A stretch of 64,000 nucleotides of DNA from Lingula anatina. Lineage: Eukaryota > Animalia > Brachiopoda. The translations under genes were made by a program, and so were the position numbers. Shown here piece by piece: positions 41,801-54,300 of the stretch. The stretch covers positions 37,888,401 through 37,952,400 of the forward strand of contig CM120641.1 in assembly GCA_051362555.1 (NCBI GenBank). Reading direction: 5' to 3'. Within the stretch, counting starts at the first letter, position 1; each line of letters opens with the position of its first letter. The notes below the pieces were generated by a model. The model saw only the letters and a list, made by a program, of their open reading frames with translations. It was not told where the DNA came from and did no database searches.

Positions 41801-42570
41801 TCACATATACTGCTTTACATAAGTGATGAGAAAAATACTTGGCAATTAGCAAAGATGTTAGTCTTAAAAGTTCATGAAATGCCATTTTTTCCCTTTGCCA
41901 TCCTAAAAATGGTTACTATTACTCAACAGGATTTTGTCAAGATTGAAGAAAAGATTGAAAACAATTTGGAGTGCAGGCCTTTTGTTACCTAGATCAGGCA
42001 GTTTCATGCAATTTCTGTTTCACTATCCTTTTGATATCGAAAGTCTTGAAAAATAAAAAGATAAAATTAATATTGTAATGTTTTTTTCTCTTTTCATCTA
42101 CAATTTTTGAGTACTTATTTGTTGTGTACAAAATACATAGATCTACTGAAAGATATAAATATGTGTCCTTTTTCCCTTACTTGGCTGAATATTTTGATCA
42201 AAACAAATTGGTTTAGTCTCTATCAGTTTTTTTTCCCTTCCATTTAATAAAAGATCTTCATGAGCAAAAGCAAGTAAATTTTGTGATGTAAATAATTATT
42301 TTAAATTAATATGAAAATTTGAAAAAAAAAAAAAAAAAAAAAAACATCCCAAAAAGACCCCTATAAAAACTGAACATCTGATAAAAGGGCTTTCTATTTG
42401 CTACTTTATAGATCTAGATCAACGACCCTATGATTAAGTAGAAAATGCCGCTGTATATTTCACTTCTCTCTCAAGATTAAATGAATAATCGCGTTAGCTA
42501 ACATGGAGTACATACCGGAAATACAGGGAATTGCTTACACGTAGTCAATACCACACCTGAAACGAGAACC

Positions 42571-43521
42571 ATGGCGCGATTTAAAACTAGAGGAGATTTA
42601 GAGGCAAAATTTAATGAGCTAGGAATTACAACCAAGACTATTGAACACCAAGAGGTAATTAGTTAGCAATAAAGTCCACCTCACGTCTTTCATAACTTGT
42701 GGGCTTATCTTTCAATTTAGTTTCGGCTTGCAATATAGGCCTACTGTAATATTACGTGGTGGTTCACGTTTTCTGATAATATGCATATATAGTGCATTTA
42801 ATACACACCAGAAACTGTAAATAAGAGTGCTAGAGCAAGAATAATTGTTTCTTCCTACCACTATATCACCGTTTTACTGTGGAGTTTCACAGCACTAACA
42901 ATTTTATTGACTTGGTTGATGCATGTAGAATTAGTTAAAACTGATATACGTGGAGAGGGGATCGAAGGGGCACCAGACCAACTGCAACAATTAAAAATGT
43001 GTTCAAATACGCAATTTAAGCATCACTTATAGCCTCTCGTCAAATCAACAGCTCCTATTTATAATGAAACCAATTTTCTTCAGGTTTTTACTGTTGAAGC
43101 CATGATGTCTCAGCCTGAGCTACAAAACCTGAAAGGGACAGCTGCAAAAAACCTCTTCCTGAAGGACAAAAAGAAAAAACTTTGGCTCTGCTCCGCTGTG
43201 CACGACAGAAACATAAAACTGAATGAACTGGCAAAAATGGTTGGGGCCCCTGGTGGACTAAGACTTGCAGATGAAGAAATCTTATTTGATAAACTTGGCG
43301 TGAAGCAAGGGTGTGTGACAGCATTTGCATTGATCAATGACACAAATAACGATGTGAATTTCATTGTAGATGAGGATTTAGTCAATGGCAAACATGAGAT
43401 GATATATTTTCACCCCTTGTCTAATGCAGCAAGTACTGGGATCACGCCCTCAGATTTTATGAAATTTTTAGATGACATAAATCATAAGCCTATCAAGGTG
43501 AAATTTGAGGACCAGACATAA
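42571..43521 (+). CDS. PRORSD1: Prolyl-tRNA synthetase-associated domain protein 1 (ProX/PrdX, YbaK-superfamily trans-editing deacylase), 2 exons, 173 aa
   Basis: Exons 42571-42654 (MARFKTRGDL...IEHQE) and 43084-43521 (VFTVE...KNLFLKDKKKK...LRLADE...LGVKQGCVTAFALIND...FHPLSN). The EH-x-E-VFTVE, KNLFLKDKK and FHPL-N motifs are typical of this family. Confidence 0.92.
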
Positions 43522-45346
43522 GTTTATTAGATGCTTATTGATTGCTTACAGTGCATACAACAGTACATGTGAAATTCTTGAGCCAAGTTATATAAATGTT
43601 CACAGCATGCTATATTTTGAATGTAAAGCAAATTTGTAGTGTCTTAGTACCACAACAATTCTGAGTAGACGAAATGAAATTTAACTGACATGACACTGAT
43701 CAGATTCATGTATAATTAGGAAATACCTCAAAAAGAAAAATGCTCCAGGAAATAGAAGTACATTGCAAATCAGCATGCTTTGGTAATCTAGGTTGTCGTC
43801 TACTAGTATACCAGTCATTTCCCTTTACCCCATCATCTTTTTCATTATTTTGGTCTGCGAAACACACAGCAAATTTACCTGTATCAGGCATCTTGTTTGC
43901 AAATCAATTTTTTAGATTCGAATCAGCAATGTCTTATACAGTTCTCACCTTGCAATATTAATGTTGAAGCGGACTCTTGGAGCATCAATTTAGAACAAAT
44001 GCTACAGCATGTTTTAATAAAAATTGAGTCAAAACTTTTATGAACTAGAGGCAATATTGATTGGAATTATTTGAATTATAAGAGATTATTGAGATACTGA
44101 TATTAAAAGTTAGGCTTGTTTTTTATCACTCCAGGTGTAATGGCAATATGACTTAATGCAACTACTATTACTAGCCTTTTGATCCAGAACATCAGTCTTC
44201 ATCAGTTCTAGCCTGTATGGTGAGCAAACATGTGATTCCAGATACAGTGATGCATGTATTTTGGGTAGAATTTTGCCACACTCGTCTTACTGAACAAAAG
44301 TTTGTTAAAAATAGACTGTGTGGGAACAACCTCAAGGCAACTGTATCACTAGTTGCTGCAGTTGTGCATATTTATCTTAAAACTTTTCCAAATCCGTGGG
44401 CCCACATTCGAAATAGCACAAAATCTATTTCTCCCCTCAGAACTCTTAACCCGTTTCCATGATATAAATTTTTTATTATTAACAACCAATACATTTTAGA
44501 CTGTACAGAAATTATTCACAAGCCAAAGACATTTGGCAAATATAATTATTTTTATAAGATCAAGCAAAACTGCTGAAATTCACCTCTAATTCTTCCAATA
44601 ACTATTCTCTAAATAGCTTGCTCTTGAATACAAGACAATGCTCCATTCATTATGATTAAAATGAGTAGAATTGAGTTACAGAACCACATCATGTAGCATG
44701 GTCTACACAGTCGCATGAAAATATTATACAATGGTAATGGCCAGACAGATATGTGGGTTAACATGTAAAAAATCCAATATATAATGACAATCAAATCAAG
44801 ACAGATATATTAGTTCTGCTTATTGCACAAGTTATAAACTAAACTCATAAATTGATTCATGCGCAAATAAAGTATTTTGTCAGTTTAGAATGACTTTTAG
44901 GGGATTAACCAAAGCTTCCAGTTATTTTCAAACAAATAGTTACATAAATACAAGGTTGCATGCGTTCAATTTATCGATACCAAAAAATGTGAAAACAAAG
45001 TAAAATTTAATTGTAATATTTTTATGAGCACCAAAATTGCCAAAAAAAGTCTACAACAAAGTGCACCATTGCTGCCCATTGCTGCCCCTACCTCAATTAA
45101 ATATGATCTATGGCATTGTCTCATAGCACAGCCTTAATGAACGAAACAGACAACATATAGGTTTGCAAGAATGGAAGAATATTCAAAGTCCTTCAAGAAT
45201 TATTCACCAATACTGGCTCCTACTTGAATGTAAAAACAATGTCCAACTCTCTTGCTCAAAGGAAAAAAGACTTCCCCAGGCTCTGGCACAGCACCTTAGG
45301 CTATTTCATTGTATATATAGCTTTTAGTGATTGATAACTTTCATTT

Positions 45347-48300
45347 TTATCCAAACTTGAATGATCCAGCTGGGAGGCTGCTATTACACAGACGGTAGTA
45401 GCGTAAATCATTCACTAGCCGATGTACATTTTGGGTAAATGTTGGCAAATCCTATAATAGAAAATAACTTGTTAAATGCTGGCTTTATATTTCTAAATGG
45501 CATTAATTTGGTTTTGATAGCTGTAAGGACAGATTCAAGATTTTGACCCGATGGATAAGGTCAGAAATTCATTAATTTCATAATAATATTAATATGGCTT
45601 AGCATTAACTGTTAAATTTTTAACAAGCACTACAGTATCAAGTGTCAAACCCTTTCATGACAATGTTATACTACCTTATCTACTTCAAAATTCTGAGCCA
45701 GAATGGTCCTCTGGTTTTCATCTAGTCCTTCGGTTCCATTCAGAAACTGTGGCAGAAAAGCACTGTAAAATTTGTCAAAGTCAACGGCTGCCATGTTGTA
45801 AATGGTGATTCCAATCTCTTCTTGGAGCAGGTCATGTGACCTGTGTATGAGCACTTGGATGAAAACGTTGAGAAACTGAAACAGCATCACTTCCTTGAAG
45901 ATGTTCTGAAAAATAAAAAGAGTATATGTTTTCAGTACTTAAAACTGGCATTTTTTCTTGTTTTTAAGGTTATATTTTCCTTCAAGGTACCATCCAATGA
46001 GTATCCTCTTCCTGAACAAACCAAAGAGAGTATTTTTTTAAAACCTAATGTAAAAAAGAAAAAGCCTACACAGGTTTGTGTAACTATTGGAGTTCATCCC
46101 AATAAAACAAGTGTATAACAAGGGGGACATTTGTATTAACAAGTCTAAATATATTACTTATATTTCTCATGACATGCATGAACCTACTTTTTGATACAAC
46201 TTCCATTTTTCATTCAGTTCTTCCAGGTATTCCAAGTTCTGTCGGAATATACCAATGTCTGGCTGGAGGAAGGACTGTCCAAATGCCTGAAAATATCAAC
46301 ACCACATTTTGACAGTGGTGACACCTAAAATTTCTATAGTATATGAAGTCAAACAAGTGAGCCACAACAGATCTTGTACCAATTTGGTATGTCAAAACAG
46401 ACATAACAATTTTAGCAATTGCTCATCAATGACGCATCTTTGAAAATCTGTATACGCCATAAAACAAGAATCTTTCACAGTCAAAGTCCTTAAAATACAT
46501 GCAATTATGAAATAACCTTGAAATTGGTCAATTTTTTCTATGTTGAACCTGCCTAAATGACTTAATATCATATGATGGTAAAAGACTGGTCAAGATATAA
46601 TACACATTTTTCTAAGTGTACATTCCTACGACTGCAATAGCTCACCTGTAAAATACTGATAAACTGTGGTTGATGCTCCACCTGCTCATTTTGTTTGCTT
46701 GTGGCAGCAATAGCTGCTGTCTGAATTGACGACCTGGCATTTACCACACCAGGTTTAAAGAAATACCTCCAGTTATGTAACAGTATTATGTACAGGAGTT
46801 CATAGAATGTTGCCTTGATGTCTGGAGTGGGTCTCTGAGCAAGCAGGGGATAGATCTGATCCATGCAGATAACTATGATACCAGGAAGGAATGCTCGGAA
46901 TGCAGCCCCTGGCTCCTGCACCACAAACTGGAGGATCTTCAGGAACCTGGCCACAGGATAGATATAAAATGTGACTTTTCTACTATTTCTGTCACATGTA
47001 CAAGAAATCTTGGATGAAACATTTAACCTAGCAAATTAAGGAGTTCTATTTCAATGTTCATTTATACATCTCACAAAGAAGGTATCTCATGTTGTGTTAG
47101 TTGCCCAGACATTTACCCCGACGTTCTATTTTTGTAGTTCTTTACACAAATGATCTATAATAAAACCTAAAAACATTGGTTTATGGAGTAAATGTTTGAA
47201 TGTCAGAATTGAAAGTGCATTGATTGTGGTATTGTGACGTATGACAGGGCAAATGATTTGTAGGTAACTTACTTCTCTACTACCCTGAACCCTGTACTGG
47301 TTTCATTTGTGATAATCTCTGATAGTTGCTCTCTAAATGAATAGAAAATAATAGAAAATGAATAAATAAAAATTAAATTTTCATTTCTTCAGTTAAATGA
47401 AATTTCACATGATGTAATTAAATGCAAATTACTACATAAACTGACAGTTAAAACACATCATTTCAAATAAATTGCAATTTACCAAATATCTTCATATTAA
47501 AGGAACAATTGCAAGAAAATGTCAAACTTCTATGAACCTTGTGAACAGACTCATAAATGTCTGAATAGTTCTTTCCGTAAAGGACACCCCCATCTGCACT
47601 CTTAGGCCCTCAAATACTGTCAGGAAAAACCCAAGCATGTCATCCAAAACATCTGAAATGAAGTGAAATGTAAGGTCATAAAATATTTAAATACAAACTA
47701 ATCTTGATTTTCAATATTTAGGTAAAAAATCTCCCTTCTTGTACAGATTCATAAAAAATGCTATTAATCAAATAAATCTTTAAATTGAGAAACCCAGCCA
47801 CTGCCTTTTTTATGAGCCAGTACACAGAATTACTGTCACTTTTCAATGTTCACCAACACCAAAGTACAACCAACACTGACATCACAACTACCACTATGAG
47901 GTGTAGACTTGACTTACCTGTCTGATGCATGTAGACAGGAAACAAAGTCATTGTAGTCTGAATGAGTTCATGAATGGATTGGCAACAGATCTGTTTGGAC
48001 TTGACCACATCTGCTGCTATGGAACTGACCTGGTCAGTCAGAAGCTGGAGGGTCCATTTTACACACGGCTTGGCTGCAAAAAACGGGCAAAAGCATTTTA
48101 TAATAGAAATATGCCATGTTCTTATAACACCCTTCTAAATTCACTTATAATAGCAATTTGATCTAAGATGAAAAAAGTCAGTTAAATATGAACTCCTTTG
48201 TTGAATTGAAGAACCTGCATTTTGGGTTGATACATTAGGCCTGTGGCATTAATTAAAATATACCAAAGGCTTTGTAAACAGTACCGTCTTTATTCCACAT

Positions 48301-51300
48301 GAACATTGCCTCATCTACAATCCATCAACTAACCTTGATCCTGTAAGCTCTTGCTTTGTGCCAGAGACTCCATAGTCTTGAGTTGTTGGTACTGTGTTGT
48401 AAGCTGTTTAATGAAAGTTTCATGGTGTGCTGCCCTGGACTGCCAGTCTTGGTCACCCTCGGCCAGATTAGGCCAGGGTAGGAGAAGATGGTTTGACAGT
48501 GCTCTGTACAGTAATAACTGGACCTGAAGTTGAGAAGAGAAAAACATTAAAGATGATATTTTGTAACAGAATGAAAGTATCTGTATACCATGGGGCATCA
48601 CAAGATGTTTTAAATGATGCTTGCTTAAATGTGCTTAGACAGATTCATTTTTAAAGAACAAAAGACTAAAGGAAAGGAAAATTCTAAAATTGTATGCAAT
48701 CGTGTGCAAACCCTGGTACAAATTTCAATTTCAAAATTAAAAGATTACATGAATCAAAACAAAAAATATTATAAGTGTTTGGGAATTCAGAGTGCAAGTC
48801 TCTTGTTGAAAACTTGACTTTTGCACAAATTGTTCTTACCTCTGTGGTCAAATCTGCACATGACCCTTGACTGGCTTTGTTGTACAAGGTTTGTATCTCT
48901 GGTAGTCTTAGCAAGAATGCAGGTCTCACAGTAGTCATCAGTGTTAAAAGCAAATGTGCTGCAGAGTGGACAATTTTATCTGGAATCTTAAAAAAAAAAA
49001 GAGAATCTTGTTCAGTAAAATTTGTTTATAATTTTTATTGAATGGAAAACATTAAAACCATTACAGTAAAATCAAATTTCAAAATCGACAGGTGAAATTC
49101 AATACTTTTGGCAAGAATATTTAAGATATCCCTACTATTGACGAAAGATAAAATAAGAAATCTATTCCACATTAGTTACATTTAAGTTCACATTTATGAT
49201 CACTGACTACATGTACCTCTTTTTCAAAAAGTGGGATGCAGGTGTGGACAACTGTCATAATCAGCTGCTCACACTTCTGTCGCTGCTCCTGATGCTTGTA
49301 CGATTCAACATAATATTCTGCCAACCAATGGGAGTAAGCCTTCATGGCTGCCAAAGCTTGAGCATGTCTTAAATATTACATCATGGAATTATGATTTTAT
49401 TTTATGAAATTATGATTCTTCTTTATAATTGTGATAAAAGATAATTGTGTTGGTTTATTTTGGTAAAAACCCAAAATATGATCCTGTCACACGTGCGGAA
49501 ATAAATACACCATAACTTTCATGAAGTTTACCGGAGCACATGAGTTATTACAAACTTATATTGTATCCAAAAATAACTACTTCCCCTAACACACAATGAA
49601 AACATCTTAGCATAGAATTATATACTTACACCTCGATGAAATCTGCATGAAGAACATTTTGAGCAAAGGTGCTGACTTCATACAATTTGACTTTGGTTCC
49701 ATACACACAGCACTGGACAACTCTGAAGAAGATGGAATGTTATGCAAATGTGTATGAATGTATGTATGTTGAAAAAATCTACATTACATATCAACGTAAC
49801 ACTTATGATAAAACTTTTTCTCCAAGTAACATAGCTTAAAGATATCTATCAATAATACTCACTAATCAAAAATACCCACAAAACTTAAAGCAACTAAGAA
49901 TAGAGAAAGTTTAAAAGGCAAACTTAAAAAGTTACTCCAGTCCTATCCACACCCCTATGTATTATAATGACATTACTTTGAAATCAAGGTCTGAGCATCA
50001 TGCAGTCTCTGTGAAAAGAACTCCCCAATGAAGTGATCCACCAGTCTCCCCAGAGCCTGTAACGATGAGGACAAATCCCTCATGCTGCAATGTAGACGGC
50101 GACACTCATTTTCTGCAGGGATGTTCAGCTTCCTCCCCTGTGGGCCATTGGTAAGAAACTGCTCCAAGCCCAGGTAAATCTCCATGTTGTCACTGAATGG
50201 CTGATACTACATAGAAAGAACACAAAGAAATGCTTGATATCCAAAAGACATTTCCCTGTTAAAGATAATAATGATAACAACAGAGCAGAAATACTTGGGT
50301 TTCTTACTTTAAATATCCTTTTGCTGGTCTCGAAATCTGGGCATCAGCATGTTATGCAACTGTAAAAATTCTCAGAACCTCCAAGTATAACTTCATATCC
50401 CTGTCACAACTTACCACTATCCGAAAAACATCAGGTGGAAGAATTTCTGCAACCTTAGCAACATTCTCTAATGACTGTCTTAGGAAGTGCTGCCATTCTG
50501 TTTCTGACTGGAAAAAAAAAAAAAAAAAATAGAAATGCAGAATATAAAATATTAGAAAAAGATAAACTCTGAAACTTATGATTTTAGAGAGACCGTGAGA
50601 GATAGAGAGAGAATATGGATTTAGTGATAGTTCTACATGCTATACTCACATCATCATCTAGAGTTTCATCATCCAGTGTCTCTAGTTGAGATTGGTTAAA
50701 ACGGAACTGTAACTTCTGCAGAATCTGACTGACCAGTGATACCAAGGCTTCTTTATACCTGATTGGAATTGCATCGAAAATATGTTTTAACGTATTCAAT
50801 AAAATGGCATTCAAAGCATAAAAAAAGTTTTGCTAATTATTTTTTAAATCACATATAATTAAATTAGAAAGAACATCAACAAGCACATTAATAATCATAA
50901 ATTTAGACAGCAAGGCTGGCAAATATACAGACTTTGGATAAAAAAAAAAGAAACAGGAAGTCTACCAGTCTACATGTGACTGTCACTTATAAAGACAAAT
51001 CATTCTTGAAAATATTAGCAGTTCTTAAGTTGAACAAGTATGTGTATGGTGACAGCGATGGCAACAACATGCATGGAAATGTGATGTGAGTTTATACAGT
51101 CTTTTACAGTCTGATCATTAAAATATTTCACAATCAGGAGTGTATGGTGATCTCTTTGACTCTGTCATTCAAAACCTCACTTTGAACTCCACCAGACAAG
51201 ATTACTTACTTGGAAATTATGGCATTCACATCTAGTGCACGGTTTGTCAATTTGACATTGAGATAGTCTAAAAAGATGGTCCATATATCCAAGCATCCAT

Positions 51301-54300
51301 AGTATCCTTCATGAGTGGGCTGAAATAACAAATCGCACAACATTTGAGATGAAAAAAGAAATATCAATTTCTAAAATAACTGATTCTTTATAAAAGATCT
51401 CATTACACTTTATTTTAACATCATTTTGTTACATTCACAAAGCTGCATTTAATAACTGCATTAGTCCACAAAATAAGAATTCACTTGTAAGTATCTTACT
51501 GGAAATCATTGCAACATATACATTACACAAAATTTTCAATGGCTTTCTAACAGACATAAGACTATAAAAACAAAATTGCAAAAGGATGCTCTGCTGAACT
51601 GGTTTTCTGTTAATATCTTAAAACATCATTCCCCCAAAGTCACATGCTTACACTCAAGGGCAGTGCTGCCATAAACCTGACAAAACTATTGCCTTACTTG
51701 TAACTTTCTTTAACCTTTCCCTCTTCTCCCTACAGCGCATTAAAAGACAATACTAGGACTAATCTCATACCTGCTTAAATGTGTACTTAAATAACAATGC
51801 CAGGAATTCAAGGACTGGAAAGGAGTTGTTGTCCTCAAATCGTCGAAGGTGAATGCTGACAAAAAGTCTCAGAAATTCTGTGAATTTCTCAATGTAACTG
51901 AAAGGGAGTTGAAAAAGTTATAAGCTTAAATAAAAGCAAAATAGGAAACATTTTTGATATTTTTCTTACTTTAAGCAACTAATGGATATTTTTTTTATAA
52001 ACCAAGGGGGGAATTATTTTGAGATGACTGACAGAAAAAGAATTTATACATCATGCAATGAAAGTAGTTTTCCTATATTTGTTTAAGTCTTGAATGCAAA
52101 TGTGAGCTTGCGTAAATTTTTTACACATCTTACATTAGGCATATTCATATTAATAAATAACTTGGTACCTTTCATCAAGCTCTTCCAGCTTATTCCCAGA
52201 CGATGTCGTGGTACTTTCTTTTGTAAGTCTTTGCAAGAGATAAAATGTCTGCTGAAACATTTGCAGTAAAAAATCCTCAAACTCCTGTGGGACACAGTTC
52301 TTTGAGAGCAGTTCATTGATACAGCACATGGCAAGCACACCTAGAGATTCAGAGTCTGTGGTGTAACTACCATTCAAGTCTGAAGAAACCCCTCCACTAC
52401 TACGATTGTGTACCGAGGCAGATTCGCAGCCAAATGCCGCAAAGTGAAATATAGTGCTGAGCAGGTTTGGGGTGATAGTGGTGGACAGAGGTATCCAACT
52501 GAACAGATGTGAGAGACAGTTGAGTGCCAGAACACATGTATGGTGTGACTCGGAGTCCAGGGGAGGGATAGATTCATACTTGATGGTCTTGGCAGGGGAG
52601 CTGAACATGTTCTTCAGTATCTGACCTATTGGATGACATGAAAAAAAGAAGTTAAAATGGAATTCGATAATAATGCATTTGACAAAAAAAGTATCATATA
52701 GTGTCGATTTTGTCATAATAAAAACAACCAAAAATGCCTGTACTAAGAGATTTTTAACATATACATATACTAACATAGCTCTCATTAATTACACTAAAAT
52801 CATCTTATGCCTTTTCATACCCAAACATCTAATATACAAATTTCTGCTTATGTTAGATGTTTAAGACTGCCTCCCACCTTTAAATGTATCAGTAGTATTA
52901 TAAAAAGACTGCCTTATCAATGTTTCATAACTATATACTCACTTGGCTGTATAGGATCATTGGTGAATAAAGCAAATGTTGCTGATTTGGCTGGTGCATG
53001 TGACACCTGACCTTGTGTAGGAGATGGAGGAGGGGTGGCAGCCACTAGGTGACGATGTTTTTCTAAGATGGCTTCTAAAGTATCTGGAAAAATAAAATAA
53101 AACACTGACTCGTAGGCATTTTGTCCATAAGTGTGTAATTCAGATGCTTTAAAAATGGATATATTACATGCTAGATGATGGTATATGCTGTTATCCCTAA
53201 TGTCAATAACTCACTCAATCACTTAATGCACAATTTTCAATGGTTTTGTCATAAATTTGACATTTTTCATTTATGATGCAGCATAACAAGTTGGGAAATG
53301 CCATGACTTTCTCTTTGAACTAATGAAAAGTCACATACTACTAATTAGACTAAGCATAGTCGGGACTTGCTGCAGCAGGAGTCTATTAAGTTCATCCTTG
53401 CGAGCAGCACTCAGATCTTCCCGGGGACAAGCCAGTTCTTCAGATGATGTTTGGATGAGGACAATACCCAGAATGACTGTCTCCTGGTGCTGAATTAACT
53501 GAAAAAAGAAATGACACTGTCATTTTACATTTCAGGTTATTTAAATATGTAGCCGTTTGATTGTGAATTCTTTTTAAGAGTTTGACTCACAAGTATACAT
53601 TATTTTTTTTTGCTCTGATGTATTTGGAAACATATTATGGTATAAATGACTCAATTTTTTTTAAATGGGGGAAATTGTGAACTTTACAGATACTGTAAAT
53701 TTTAAGTCATAAATGCTTATGATAAGAACTTTCCTATTGAGTGAAAGCAACAAAATTGAAAAGCAGGCTTCCAGGGGTCGAACTGACGGTCGCCCACTCG
53801 CCAATGCGACTTAGAAACGTCCCGGGCGACAACCTGTCAGGGGTACTGGTCCGTTTTGGCGACCGCTGGAAAGTGCCGAACATCGTTGCCAAACCCACAG
53901 TCTGCGACGTTAAGCACTAGCCCGAGGCAATTGCCCACCTAAAGTGGCACCGGGCTAGTTGAAATTTTATAAAGCACTAGCTGTAATTTTGAACTTATTT
54001 TAACACTCAGTAAGATTTCAAAAATATGAGTCGCCAGTCTTCTTTGTCCCTGCCTCTAATTTGACGTTTCTAGATAGTATGATATGCCTCTCAGTTGAAA
54101 AAACTCACACCTAGCTCAAACTACTGAATATTGATTAGTTGCTATAAATAACTTCACTGTAGTTATAAATAGTAGCAGTCTGTCTGATCAGCGTGTCGGC
54201 ATCTTTTTATTTGACCAGTTTGTTGTCATGACTACAAATTGCCGTCAATCAAGAAACTGGATCAGACCAGAATTCTTTGGTACTAGCAACAGGTTTTGTC

